Source: Candidatus Cloacimonadales bacterium (lineage in GTDB: Bacteria; Cloacimonadota; Cloacimonadia; Cloacimonadales; JAIOQZ01). From it: a stretch of DNA of 64,000 nt. Numbering within the stretch: position 1 is the stretch's first letter; every line of letters starts with the position of its first letter. The DNA is taken from assembly GCA_963674825.1 (NCBI GenBank), contig OY771587.1, positions 2,912,001 to 2,976,000 of the forward strand, written 5' to 3'. The notes below the pieces were generated by a model. The model ran no database searches, was not told the DNA's origin, and saw nothing but the letters and a program-made list of their open reading frames with translations. Positions 10,301-19,402 of the stretch are shown here, one piece after another. The translations under genes and the position numbers were made by a program.

Positions 10301-13062
10301 GGGTGAATGAATGGATAATTGACACTCGCAGAATTCCATGAGCTCGATTCGCAAAGGATTCCGGTAAGCGCGAAGCCATTCCATACATTGCCGGCTCCAC
10401 CATTCCCGCTATAGGAGATCAAGCTACCGTTGTTGATATAAATACCATATTGGCCATTGTCGTTGCATTGGTTATCGGTAAGGTGAGTAATGGCATCAGC
10501 TCCACTGGAGTATATTCCACTATACGTGTTATTCGAGCAATTGTTGTTCTCGAACCAGCCTTCGCAGGAGATGCAATGCAGTCCGTTATGACCGCTGTAA
10601 TCTAATGTGGAATTGCGGACATAGCAGGAATCGCTCATGTTGAAGCGGATATTCGCGTCGGCGGTACCGCTGGCGTTTCCTCCATAAAGTATTGAAACCC
10701 AATCGAATCTCCCGATTCCAAGGTAATCGCCTGCCCCATTGAACGTGATGCCGAACCAGCTTCCATGTGTGGGCGTAACCTCAAGATTGTCGGTATCGCC
10801 GGAGATCGTGTCATCGCTGATGGAGGTAAACGCGATCGGTTCCGCTTCGGTACCTATGGCGTTGAGGGTACCATAAGAGAAGATTTCGCAGTTGCTATTG
10901 ACTTTCACAGTAGTTCCGGGCAAAAGATTGAGAGTGCTTGAGACCGGAATCGTCAGGTTTCCGTTAAGGATGAACGGAAAATTGGCGTAGTCCTGTGTCC
11001 AGGTTACTTCGCCGGTTGTCGTGCCATTCATTGCGAAGCCGTTGAAGCCGTTGTTATTGCCGTTCATTCCACTGTAGGAATATAAGTTTGTTCCGTTCAG
11101 GGAGGCAGCGTAGTCACCATTGTATTGAAAGAGACAATCGTTGATGTGTGGGTGCGTGTTGGTTCCGTTTGCGTAGAAACCGTTGCTCTGATTGAAGTTA
11201 AATTCACTGCGCTCGATATTGATATCGCAGGCGAGTCCCTTGACGCCGTTGAGAGCACTGTATTCAGACCAGCTATCGACAAAATAATTGTCGTCACAAT
11301 AGTAAAAATAGATATTTGCGTGGGGGTTTCCGTAACCGTTTCCACCGTAACGGATACGACAGAAATCGAAGGTGCCGATGCCGAGATTTCCGTTCACGCC
11401 GTTGAACATGATACCATTCCAGTCACCAGGTGCGGGTTCGGTGGTAGCGCTGTCGGTATCGCCACCATACGTATCGTCGTGCATAGATGTAATCACCACC
11501 GGCTCTTCAGCGGTACCGTTAACATCCATAGTACCATAGCAGTAAATCTCTGCGTTCGAGTCGCCTTTGACCAGTGTGCCGGCCGGCAGCGTGAGGCTCG
11601 CGCCATTGTTGATAGTCGTGGTGGAATTGAGGATGAACGGAAACGAATCGCTGGGATTTGTCCAGACAGCGTCACTATTTATCGTACCATGCACCGCAAA
11701 GCCATTGTACTGGTTTCCAGAACCGGTGTTCCCACTGTAGCTGATGAGCTGACAGCCGTTGATCCAGCATGCGTAATGCTGATTCCCGGTGAAGGTGTTG
11801 TTGTTTATAACAGGCGCGGTATCCGCTCCGTTGACGTAGATCCCGTTATAGAGATTGCCGATAAAATGATTTTCGGTGATCACGGGAGCGCAGAGATAGA
11901 CGCGCATCCCGTATTTACCGCTATATTCGATATAGCTGTTGTGGAAGATAGCATTTTGAGACTGCGTAAAAAACAGCCCTGCATCGAAGCTGGAATAGGT
12001 GTTACCCGCATAGCGAATACGGCAATATTCGAAGTCGCCGTTACCGGGTGCATCTTCGGAGACGTAATCGCAATTGATGCCGAACCAGTCGCCGGGCGCA
12101 GGTGAAGTGGCATCTTCATCGTTGTTCGTGTCTCCGCCGTAGCTGTCATCTATTATGGATGTGAAGATTACCGGTTCAGCGGCGGTTCCGTTTACGTCGA
12201 TATTCGAGTAAACATTGAGCGCGACACTTCCAACTACTTTAATGACGGTACCGCTGGAGATGGTCAGCGGTTGATCTTGCTCAATATTGACATTCGATGC
12301 GAGGATGAACGGGAAATCCGGATTTCCTTGCAAGTGGCTGCTGATGAGGTTTCCGGACAGGCCGATGCCGTTGAAGTTATTGCCGGTTCCTGTATTGCCT
12401 GTTATTGCGCCATAGAGGATCTGGCAATTGGAGCTCAGGTAAACAGCGTAGCCGTTGTTGCCTGAGATTGTGTTGTTCTGGAGGACTGGAATGGCATTCT
12501 GATTGATGAAGATGCCTCGATTGTTGTTATTGGAGATAACAGAATTCTGAATTTCGGGCGAGCAGTTATTTGCATAAACACCATAGTAGCCGCTGTATTG
12601 GATATCGCAGTTCGTGATTGTGCAAGTCCCATTGTCGATTCGGATATTCGCATCCTGCATGCCGTATGTGCTTCCTCCGTATCGAAGAGTGCAGTAGTTG
12701 AATCCTCCATTGCCTTCGAGATATATCCCATACCAGTTTCCCGGTTGAGGATCACCCGTTGAACCGTATATATCATCACCGACAGTATTATCGTGCATGG
12801 AGGTGAAGTAGATACGGTTGGAACTCATGCCCGGAGCTACAACATCTCCGTAGATATAGAAATTAACGTTTTGCCCGAATTTGAGGATTGCACCAGGCTC
12901 GATAGTAACGGTAGTACCGGCGTCAACCGTAAGGTTTGCGTCTATGTACCATGTCTGTCCACCCGGAATGGTCATGCCCGATATATTGCCGTTTAGCGTT
13001 CCGTAGGCGGATAGGAGATAGGGAAGAAAGAATAGAAAAACCAGGGGAAATAGTCGCCTCAT
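7375..13062 (-). CDS. 1895-aa secreted protein with eight approx. 220-aa right-handed parallel beta-helix repeats and an FN3-like C-terminal tail
   Basis: Signal peptide; 8 copies of (F/I)TSxxD(D/N)xxxGD(T)...P.PGxWxGI; many N/G-rich 'NNxxxGIY' rungs; C-terminal APQNL...LTWDAVPGAVSYKVY; RBS GGAGG. Confidence 0.88.
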   Translation of the reverse strand: MRRLFPLVFLFFLPYLLSAYGTLNGNISGMTIPGGQTWYIDANLTVDAGTTVTIEPGAILKFGQNVNFYIYGDVVAPGMSSNRIYFTSMHDNTVGDDIYGSTGDPQPGNWYGIYLEGNGGFNYCTLRYGGSTYGMQDANIRIDNGTCTITNCDIQYSGYYGVYANNCSPEIQNSVISNNNNRGIFINQNAIPVLQNNTISGNNGYAVYLSSNCQILYGAITGNTGTGNNFNGIGLSGNLISSHLQGNPDFPFILASNVNIEQDQPLTISSGTVIKVVGSVALNVYSNIDVNGTAAEPVIFTSIIDDSYGGDTNNDEDATSPAPGDWFGINCDYVSEDAPGNGDFEYCRIRYAGNTYSSFDAGLFFTQSQNAIFHNSYIEYSGKYGMRVYLCAPVITENHFIGNLYNGIYVNGADTAPVINNNTFTGNQHYACWINGCQLISYSGNTGSGNQYNGFAVHGTINSDAVWTNPSDSFPFILNSTTTINNGASLTLPAGTLVKGDSNAEIYCYGTMDVNGTAEEPVVITSMHDDTYGGDTDSATTEPAPGDWNGIMFNGVNGNLGIGTFDFCRIRYGGNGYGNPHANIYFYYCDDNYFVDSWSEYSALNGVKGLACDINIERSEFNFNQSNGFYANGTNTHPHINDCLFQYNGDYAASLNGTNLYSYSGMNGNNNGFNGFAMNGTTTGEVTWTQDYANFPFILNGNLTIPVSSTLNLLPGTTVKVNSNCEIFSYGTLNAIGTEAEPIAFTSISDDTISGDTDNLEVTPTHGSWFGITFNGAGDYLGIGRFDWVSILYGGNASGTADANIRFNMSDSCYVRNSTLDYSGHNGLHCISCEGWFENNNCSNNTYSGIYSSGADAITHLTDNQCNDNGQYGIYINNGSLISYSGNGGAGNVWNGFALTGILCESSSWNSASVNYPFIHPGSITVPTNMTLEIAPGTVIKSSGIEHTINGTLLAQGSPEEPIVFTSLRDDTYGGDTNGTEDEPYPGEWRGYWVSGYGDAQGIVTLDNCIFRYGGNTSGTSDANLYLYADDQGSTVTNCTFEYSGKWGLRLLNSNATVENCMLRNNIDHGLYLSGNTIMSSINNNTFDANGNYGAYLQDALFNSYSGNTGSGNAINGFGVSGICSGNIVWSTEETSFPYILAGTVTVSVGDTLTFAPGAVTKGTASTWFAVNGCLIAETEGREPIIFTSLKDDTVGGDTNSDADATEPLPGDWYGIQHNSGSHGQYDGAILQYAGNTASVDANIYFNTATGWFRNGESNHSGQEGIRLNQSSIEITGSSFLENLRDGIAVQGGTSNPIINNNSFFNNGNFGVEIVDGKFRSYSGNSGSGNGYNGFGLRGTLEMNAEWSHDSDPNFPFIMTGAITINNGSVLTLPAGTTVKAGWVSRMTVYGTIDANGTSISPVVFTSIKDDSRAGDTDGDNGDATAGNWDGIYVYGNGENDGIGQFDHCIIAYGGNSSGLDGILRFYDSEDSWFNDSLCEYSAQHGIRIEYASPEISGSYIRNNLLHGIYCQHNTSKPAINDNEFTDNGSYAVYLENALINSCGGNSGSGNSYNGFGVAGTVTGNVTWEPGGVTFPYILAGNVYVEDDATFNLSPAVVVKGAPNSLLYVYGTMQVSGTDGNEVTFTSLKDDTICGDTNNDADATEPAPGDWAGIYVVGDAGNVGLAQFDYCDIRYGGNTSSIDANLRFLNADSACSFNHGSCNDSQQYGIWIGTTNLTVRNSIIADNLDYGVLIQGYCHPNFGNLIAEDMGNNYIHDNDGGEWQIMNNSSYDINAYYNIWAYSDSLTIDSHLYDNDENVSYGAVLFNPWQSGALTAPQNLMIIVESDEITLTWDAVPGAVSYKVYHSQDPYTENWGVPVAMIAATHWEPPVTQTKGYYLVTASNEPIRSQVVGRE

Positions 13063-13297
13063 GAGTTACCTCCAGAGATGCTATGGTGTTTACAGGTTGG
13101 ATAAACTATTCTGATATCAGAAACTAATTCGTTACGAAGTGATTGTCAAGAAAAACATCCCGATTAGATTATCGGGTGACGACACCGAAAGGTTTGCATT
13201 GATTGCGAATAGGTAGGAGGTAAGATTCTCCTTGCCAAAAAAACACGGTGATCGTTAATGGGTTGATTGAAAAAAACATGATTGATGGAGGTATCCA

Positions 13298-13522
13298 ATG
13301 GATAGAGAAGCTGTAGAACAAGTCCTCAACAAAGTGCGTCCCGCGATTCAAGCGGACGGTGGCGATGTTGAACTGATCAATATTCGTGCTGATAACGTTA
13401 TCGAAGTCCGGCTGAAAGGTGCTTGCGGAAGCTGTCCGATGGCAACCCTGACTCTCAAAGCTGGCATCGAGCGCGTTCTGAAGGAAGAAATTCCTGAAGT
13501 GAAAGAAGTCATTTCGGTATAA
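13298..13522 (+). CDS. NifU C-terminal-domain (Nfu) Fe-S cluster carrier
   Basis: VRPAIQADGGDVEL...LKGACGSCPMATLTLKAGIE; RBS GGAGG. Confidence 0.93.
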   Translation: MDREAVEQVLNKVRPAIQADGGDVELINIRADNVIEVRLKGACGSCPMATLTLKAGIERVLKEEIPEVKEVISV

Positions 13523-13538
13523 GACTGCACCAATTCTT

Positions 13539-13567
13539 AAAAAGAGAGGCTCAGCCTCTCTTTTTTT
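13539..13567 (+). terminator. Rho-independent terminator (potentially bidirectional)
   Basis: AAAAAGAGAGGC-TCA-GCCTCTCTTTTTTT. Confidence 0.7.
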
Positions 13568-13583
13568 CTATAGAGAGAATGCT

Positions 13584-15485
13584 ATGAAAGATTTGCTCCG
13601 CCTTTATAAGATTGCGTCCCGTTACTGGGGCTATTTCGTTGGTGGTCTGGTCACCATGATCTTCTACGCCATGTTCAGTGGTGTAAGCGTAACCATGGCG
13701 ATTCCGCTATTCGACTACGTGTTCGTGGTCGATAAAACGCATGTGCAGTACACGGATATGTCGTCAGTACTGCATGCAATGTCGGAGCAGATACAAACAT
13801 TTTTCGCAGCGCATTCCGGCTTTAGCATACTCACCGATATGTCAGCGCTGAGTCCGCTGTTCACCGATCTCAAGGCTATTATGGCGGTATCCGATTCATT
13901 CGTGCTGCTGAAAATTATCGCGATTGTTACGCTCGTGCTTTACTTCATGCGAAGTGCTTTTTTCTTCTTGGACAAAGTGATGATGGCCAATCTTCGCGGA
14001 AAGACGATCCGCGATTTGCGCAACATGATGATGGCTTCCTACTTGCGCCAGAGTATCGCGTTCTTCGGTACAAACCGCTCGGGCGACTCGCTGGTGAGGA
14101 TGGTCAACGACGGAGAAATTGTGAGCCGGCAGTACCTACAGCAGGTCTTCACCATGATGCGTAATATCATTACGGTGCTGATCTTTCTGCGGATTGCACT
14201 GTTTCTCAATTCGAAGTTATTTTTTATCAGCTTGATTATCCTTCCGCTGTTTTCGGGATCCCTCAACTATCTCGGCAACAAGATTCGAAAGTATGCGCGA
14301 CGTGTACAGAAGCAGTTCTCCAATATGTTCTCGGCGATCGAAGAGACGATGCGTAATATGAAGATCGTTAAGGCGTATGCACGTGAGGATTACGAATACG
14401 GTCGGGTAAAAGAAATTAACAAGCGCCATTTCAAGTTCTGGCGTAAGTCGGAGATTTATAACTCGATGGGGACGCCGTTTTCAGAGATCAACAGCGCTAT
14501 TACAGGTATGATCGTATTGCTTATCGGCGGCAAGATGGTGCTCAGTGGGCATGGTGAATTCACGTTCGGTGATTTCTCGGCATTCCTGTTTGCGATCTTC
14601 TCGATGCTTCATCCGATCAAAGAGATCGCCAAAGCCTATATAGAAATACGCCGCGCGGCTGTGTCGCTGGAGCGTGTCTCGTATGTGCTGAATCTGGAGT
14701 CGGAGATCGTAGACGATCCCAATCCAATTCGTAAAAAGACATTCGATGAGGGCATCAAGGTTGAGCACGTTGGCTTCAGTTATAGTGGTGAGAAGAAAGT
14801 GCTCGATGATATCGATCTGAACATCCGCAAAGGCGAGAAGGTTGCGTTGGTCGGTTCCAGCGGGTCTGGTAAGACGACGCTGGTGAATCTGCTCTGCCGG
14901 CTTTATGACACCACTTCCGGTCAGATACTTATCGATGGTACGCCGATCAGGAAAATACGCCTTAAGGATCTCAAACGCCTCTTCGGATATGTTACGCAAG
15001 ACTCGATTCTATTCTCAAACACAATTGACTACAATATTCGCTATGGTACCCTTGAAGATGTGACGGATGAGCAAGTTATCAAAGCTTGTAAAATCGCGCA
15101 CGCGGAAGAATTCATTCGCGAGCTCGACGATGGCTATAACACCATGCTGAACGCCGGAGGCTCGAATCTTTCCGGTGGTCAACAGCAGCGACTTTGCATT
15201 GCGCGCTCCATAGTTGGTGACCCGCCGATCCTTATCTTCGACGAGGCGACCAGCGCGCTGGATACAGAGTCTGAACGCAAGGTGCAGCAGGCTATCGACG
15301 ATGCTACGCGTAACCGTACCGTGATCATGATCGCACACCGTTTATCCACGATTCTTGCTTCTGACAGAATCTACGTGATGGATAAGGGTAAGGTGGTCGG
15401 TGCCGGCAGCCATGCGGAGCTGCTGGAAAGCTGCCCGAGATACCAGACACTTTATAATATGCAATTCTCCGATAATGTGAGGTAG
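13584..15485 (+). CDS. MsbA-like ABC exporter (TMD + NBD fusion)
   Basis: TM domain, Walker A GSSGSGKTT, signature LSGGQQQR, Walker B ILIFDEATSALD, H-loop IAHRL. Confidence 0.92.
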   Translation: MKDLLRLYKIASRYWGYFVGGLVTMIFYAMFSGVSVTMAIPLFDYVFVVDKTHVQYTDMSSVLHAMSEQIQTFFAAHSGFSILTDMSALSPLFTDLKAIMAVSDSFVLLKIIAIVTLVLYFMRSAFFFLDKVMMANLRGKTIRDLRNMMMASYLRQSIAFFGTNRSGDSLVRMVNDGEIVSRQYLQQVFTMMRNIITVLIFLRIALFLNSKLFFISLIILPLFSGSLNYLGNKIRKYARRVQKQFSNMFSAIEETMRNMKIVKAYAREDYEYGRVKEINKRHFKFWRKSEIYNSMGTPFSEINSAITGMIVLLIGGKMVLSGHGEFTFGDFSAFLFAIFSMLHPIKEIAKAYIEIRRAAVSLERVSYVLNLESEIVDDPNPIRKKTFDEGIKVEHVGFSYSGEKKVLDDIDLNIRKGEKVALVGSSGSGKTTLVNLLCRLYDTTSGQILIDGTPIRKIRLKDLKRLFGYVTQDSILFSNTIDYNIRYGTLEDVTDEQVIKACKIAHAEEFIRELDDGYNTMLNAGGSNLSGGQQQRLCIARSIVGDPPILIFDEATSALDTESERKVQQAIDDATRNRTVIMIAHRLSTILASDRIYVMDKGKVVGAGSHAELLESCPRYQTLYNMQFSDNVR

Positions 15486-15504
15486 TGACCCTCACCCCAG
15501 CAGA

Positions 15505-15539
15505 AGTTACGAGTTACGAGTTACCAGTTACCAGTTACG
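15505..15539 (+). repeat. Heptamer tandem repeat AGTTAC(G/C) x5
   Basis: AGTTACG AGTTACG AGTTACC AGTTACC AGTTACG, between two copies of GACCCTCACCCCAGC (15487-15501 and 15545-15559). Confidence 0.85.
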
Positions 15540-15542
15540 AGA

Positions 15543-15883
15543 GAGACCCTCACCCCAGCCCTCTCCCATTTCATGGGCGAGGGAGCAGAGATCTCAATTT
15601 GCTTATGTCTGTTATATCGCATATTCGCCCGATTGCCTCGCGACGCCGTATAATACGGTTTTTCGATTGAGATGCCCTGAATTTATTTGATATCTCAATC
15701 GGAAAATCCTCTCTAAAAACAATTTCCGCCTCCACATATTTCCCGATTTATGATCTATCAAAGCGGAAATTGTATAACACCACGTCTTCGAAGTGGATGA
15801 ATACGGCTGCTCGGTCTCGAACGAATCTGCTGCGTGACGGTGCAGGCTTGTACAAAGAAACCCAGCGCTTACGCACTGGGCTA
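15543..15883 (+). repeat. Composite palindromic intergenic repeat, copy 2 (F-spacer-A-D-insert-B-C-E)
   Basis: A at 15619-15653, hairpin D about 15654-15706, extra IR ACAATTTCCGC/GCGGAAATTGT 15719-15773, B-C to 15836, E CCCAGCGCTTACGCACTGGGCTA 15861-15883. Confidence 0.9.
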
Positions 15884-15940
15884 TTGATATTGGCAAATCA
15901 ATTATTGATGACTCAAGGGTAATTCCAATCCTCTTTATTC

Positions 15941-16393
15941 CTAAAACAGCACCTCTTTGAGTATCTTCGGATCGAGCCGGAACTTGGATCCCATTCCCTG
16001 GAAGAAATGATGTTCGCGTATGAGGTGGATGTTGAGCGGTGTCCACTGAACTTGCAGGTTCAGCTTGAGGTTGGTGAAATAGATAATACCCTTGCGGTAG
16101 CCACCTCCGTGCATGAATGGGCACACGAGCTTTCCGCGGAAGGTCTGGTATTCGACCTGGTAAACCTCGTCAATGACGACAGGCCCATCGTAGGAGTCCA
16201 TGGCTGCATCGGTGAAATACTGCATGCGATCAGCAAGTTCGTCAGCGGTGATTTCCTGTGCCTTGAGCTCGAGTTCGTCGGTTTCGATGATCTCGTGCAA
16301 GTGTCGCTCATCGTAGCCGAGGAAACCATCGCGAGTGAGGACGCCAGGCTGCATGCGTTCGACAATCTGTATCTCTTTCGGTGTCTGTTTCAT
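15941..16393 (-). CDS. Hypothetical protein, last gene of the nqr-like operon
   Basis: 13 nt after the nqrF-like stop, RBS GGGAG; motifs MQPGVLTRDGFLG, RGKLVCPFMH, HLIREHHFFQG. Confidence 0.75.
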   Translation of the reverse strand: MKQTPKEIQIVERMQPGVLTRDGFLGYDERHLHEIIETDELELKAQEITADELADRMQYFTDAAMDSYDGPVVIDEVYQVEYQTFRGKLVCPFMHGGGYRKGIIYFTNLKLNLQVQWTPLNIHLIREHHFFQGMGSKFRLDPKILKEVLF

Positions 16394-16406
16394 GTTGAAC
16401 TCCCTG

Positions 16407-17510
16407 TTATGCGAAGCTGTCGTAGAAGGTACGATCTTCGGTAATGCCCAGATTCTTGAGCTCTTTGGTAACGGCGCTGATCATACCCGGGCTACCGCAG
16501 AGGTAGGCCTCGGTGTTCTTGGGATCGCGCAGAAATTCTTTGAAGTAGGGGAGAACGTAACCTGTTCTACCATCCCAGTTAGAACCTTCTTCCGGCTGTG
16601 AGAGGACGGGAACGTAGGTAAAATCGGGCAGTTTTTTCTCGAACTCACGGAAATACTCGGTGAGGTAGAGATCCTTGGTGGTGCGAGCACCGAAGAAATA
16701 GACCATGCGGCGTTTGCTGCCGTGATTATGCAGGTATTCGACCATCGATTTGATGGGCGCTTTGCCCGACCCACCGGCGATGAAGAACATATCGGCTTCA
16801 GTGTCCTGGATGAGGAAATCTCCAAACGGGCCGGTAAAGCTAATATCATCGCCTTCCTTCAGGTAATCGTGCACGTAGGTGGTGCAGATTCCATCCGGGA
16901 CACGCCTGATGATGAGCTGAAGCATGCCGGGATCATCCGGGTTGCTGGAGATGGAATACGCGCGCGAAACGGCTTTCTTACTCTTCTCGTAGGGCGGCGC
17001 TTCGAGCTGCACGTATTGTCCGGCCTTGAACTCGATCTGATTTGGCTCGATCAGCTTCATAGTCAGACCCTTGATGTCGTAAGTATAATCCTCGATTTTA
17101 TCGACCTTCGCCTTGAAACGCTTGATTGCGAAGAGCTCGGGTGGAACCCATATCTTTATATCTTGCTTGACCTTGATCTGGCAGGAGAGGCGTACGTTGT
17201 CCCTCAATTCTTGCGGACTGAGGTAAGGTTTTTCTGTGGGCAGCAGCGGTCCGCCGCCGTCGAGAACCTTTACCTTGCAGTATCCGCAGCTTCCGCGGCC
17301 ACCGCAGGCAGACGGGATGAAGAGGTTGTTGTCGCCAAGCAGCGAGAGGAGCGAACTTCCACCCTCGACTTTGAGCTTCTTCTTGCCGTCGTTGATGTCG
17401 ATCTCGCACTCGCCGTAGTTGGCGATAAACCAATCGGCCAGCACCAGCAGCAGTGCCAGCAGGCCACTGATACCCGAGACGATCACGATGTTCCATAGTA
17501 TGAATACCAT
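16407..17510 (-). CDS. nqrF: NqrF-like NADH-oxidising subunit (TM anchor, 2Fe-2S, FAD and NAD domains)
   Basis: PSACGGRGSCGYC...RLSCQ (2Fe-2S), RAYSISS (FAD), AGGSGKAP, YLCGSP. Confidence 0.8.
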   Translation of the reverse strand: MVFILWNIVIVSGISGLLALLLVLADWFIANYGECEIDINDGKKKLKVEGGSSLLSLLGDNNLFIPSACGGRGSCGYCKVKVLDGGGPLLPTEKPYLSPQELRDNVRLSCQIKVKQDIKIWVPPELFAIKRFKAKVDKIEDYTYDIKGLTMKLIEPNQIEFKAGQYVQLEAPPYEKSKKAVSRAYSISSNPDDPGMLQLIIRRVPDGICTTYVHDYLKEGDDISFTGPFGDFLIQDTEADMFFIAGGSGKAPIKSMVEYLHNHGSKRRMVYFFGARTTKDLYLTEYFREFEKKLPDFTYVPVLSQPEEGSNWDGRTGYVLPYFKEFLRDPKNTEAYLCGSPGMISAVTKELKNLGITEDRTFYDSFA

Positions 17511-17524
17511 AGCGTTGATTCCTT

Positions 17525-18112
17525 CTATTGGATGACGACCACGCCGGAGAACCCGATGAACGCCAGCGCCATGATTCCGGTTATGATCAACGTGATTCCC
17601 GCACCCTGCAACCCCGCGGGGATGTATTTATCCTTCAGCTTCGCGCGGATTCCCGCCAACGCGAGGATCGCCAGCATCCAGCCAATACCACTTCCGGCAG
17701 CGTACCCAACAGTTTGCAGGAAGGTGTATTTGCGGATGACCATGAAGAGTGTGACACCGAAGATTGCACAGTTCACGGTGATGAGTGGCAAGAAAATCCC
17801 CAATGTGTAGTAGAGCACCGGCGAGACGCGTTCAATCACCATTTCGGTGAATTGCACGAAGGCTGCGATCACGATGATGTAGATGATGTATTGCAGATAG
17901 ACGATGTCCAGCGGGATCAGGATATAGTGGTAAACAAAGTAGTTGAGCACGGTGGTGATCGTGGTGACGAACACAACCGCCATACCCAGCCCGAAGGACG
18001 ATTCGATTTCTTTCGAGACGGAGAGGTAGGAGCACATCCCGAGGAAGTTGGTCAGCAGGATGTTGCTGGTGAAGATTGCCGCGACGAAGATGATGAATGG
18101 GCTCAGTTCCAT
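17525..18112 (-). CDS. nqrE: NqrE/RnfA-family membrane subunit
   Basis: FLGMCSYLSVS, GIFLPLITVNCAIFG. Confidence 0.85.
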   Translation of the reverse strand: MELSPFIIFVAAIFTSNILLTNFLGMCSYLSVSKEIESSFGLGMAVVFVTTITTVLNYFVYHYILIPLDIVYLQYIIYIIVIAAFVQFTEMVIERVSPVLYYTLGIFLPLITVNCAIFGVTLFMVIRKYTFLQTVGYAAGSGIGWMLAILALAGIRAKLKDKYIPAGLQGAGITLIITGIMALAFIGFSGVVVIQ

Positions 18113-18113
18113 G

Positions 18114-18713
18114 TTATTTACCTCCCGCTTTGGCCTTGCTTCCGTTGATAATCCATATCAGGATCGCCAGCATGAAGAACGCGCTGGGTGCCATGACCAT
18201 GATCGACCAGTTTGTCCACCAGTCGCCCATGACTTGACCTCCGAAGATGGTTCCGAATCCGGTCAGCTCGCGAACAAAGGAAATCAGGAGCAGGACAAAG
18301 GTGTAGCCGACGCCTGCGCCGATACCGTCAACGAACGAATCGACCGGCGTGTTCTTGGCTGCGAACGCTTCCGCGCGCCCCATGATAATACAATTGGTGA
18401 TAATCAGGCCGACGTAGGGCCCGAGCGCTTTGCTCATATCGGGCATGAAAGCCTTCAGGAAAATATCAACGATGATCACGAACGATGCGATGATTAGCGT
18501 TTGGGCCATCATGCGAACGTTCTTGGGAGTGTATTGCCGGATCATCGAGATGGTGAAGTTGGAAAACGCGAGCACAAAGGTCACACCGAGTCCCATCACC
18601 AGGCTATTCTTCATCAGATTGGTCACCGCCAGGGTCGAGCAGATGCCCAGGATCTGCCGCCAAACGGAATTCTCTGTAAAGGCTGCTGTTACGAAAATAT
18701 CTTTCTTACTCAT
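18114..18713 (-). CDS. nqrD: NqrD/RnfE-family membrane subunit
   Basis: QILGICSTLAVT, YVGLIITNCIIMGRAEAFA. Confidence 0.85.
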   Translation of the reverse strand: MSKKDIFVTAAFTENSVWRQILGICSTLAVTNLMKNSLVMGLGVTFVLAFSNFTISMIRQYTPKNVRMMAQTLIIASFVIIVDIFLKAFMPDMSKALGPYVGLIITNCIIMGRAEAFAAKNTPVDSFVDGIGAGVGYTFVLLLISFVRELTGFGTIFGGQVMGDWWTNWSIMVMAPSAFFMLAILIWIINGSKAKAGGK

Positions 18714-19392
18714 AGGTATGCCCCAATGCCTGTGTTTTTTTCAAGTATTGGTCATGCAGAATTTTGACGATTGCTCCGCTGGAAGCGGTTGCACCGGTAA
18801 TCTGGTTAATCTGTTCGGGTGCGGGTGTCTCTTCTTCGGGTATTAGTTGGAAGCGTACGACGGAGTTATCTCTCACGATTTGCTTGCCGATGAATTGGTC
18901 CTTGAACCACTTCTCGTCGATGCGTCCACCCAATCCCGGGGTCTCGTTCTGCGTAATGATCTCAAAGTGTCGGATCGTTTTGAAATCAGGTGATACGGAG
19001 ATTATCGCTTCGATGGTTCCCCATAGTCCGCTGCCCACCAACGGGAAAGCATATCCGAGGATTTTTTCACCATCGACCAGCTTGTAATATTTCTCGTATT
19101 GCACATACGTTGGATCTTTTTCAGTCGAGACGTTGAGAGAATCGACCACAATGTGTTTCGTGAAAAGCTCTTCGACCTCGTCTTGGGATAAAACAAAAGA
19201 ATCGCCGTTTTTCGGTAGATCAAACAACTTCAGGATTGTCGCGTGTAGCTTGAACTTACGATAACTCTGCACGCGCTCGGATGTTCGGTGGTAAAACGTC
19301 GCCAGTATGCCGACGAAAATGACGGTTAGAATGATCATGAACAGCACGGGATAGAAGCGGCTGTCGGTAAATGTTTTGCGTTCTTTCTGCAC
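18706..19392 (-). CDS. nqrC: NqrC/RnfG-family FMN-binding subunit
   Basis: GSGLWG, ETPGLGGRI, flavinylation motif ITGATAS; GTG start. Confidence 0.85.
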   Translation of the reverse strand: MQKERKTFTDSRFYPVLFMIILTVIFVGILATFYHRTSERVQSYRKFKLHATILKLFDLPKNGDSFVLSQDEVEELFTKHIVVDSLNVSTEKDPTYVQYEKYYKLVDGEKILGYAFPLVGSGLWGTIEAIISVSPDFKTIRHFEIITQNETPGLGGRIDEKWFKDQFIGKQIVRDNSVVRFQLIPEEETPAPEQINQITGATASSGAIVKILHDQYLKKTQALGHTYE

Positions 19393-19402
19393 GTTCCGCT
19401 CC

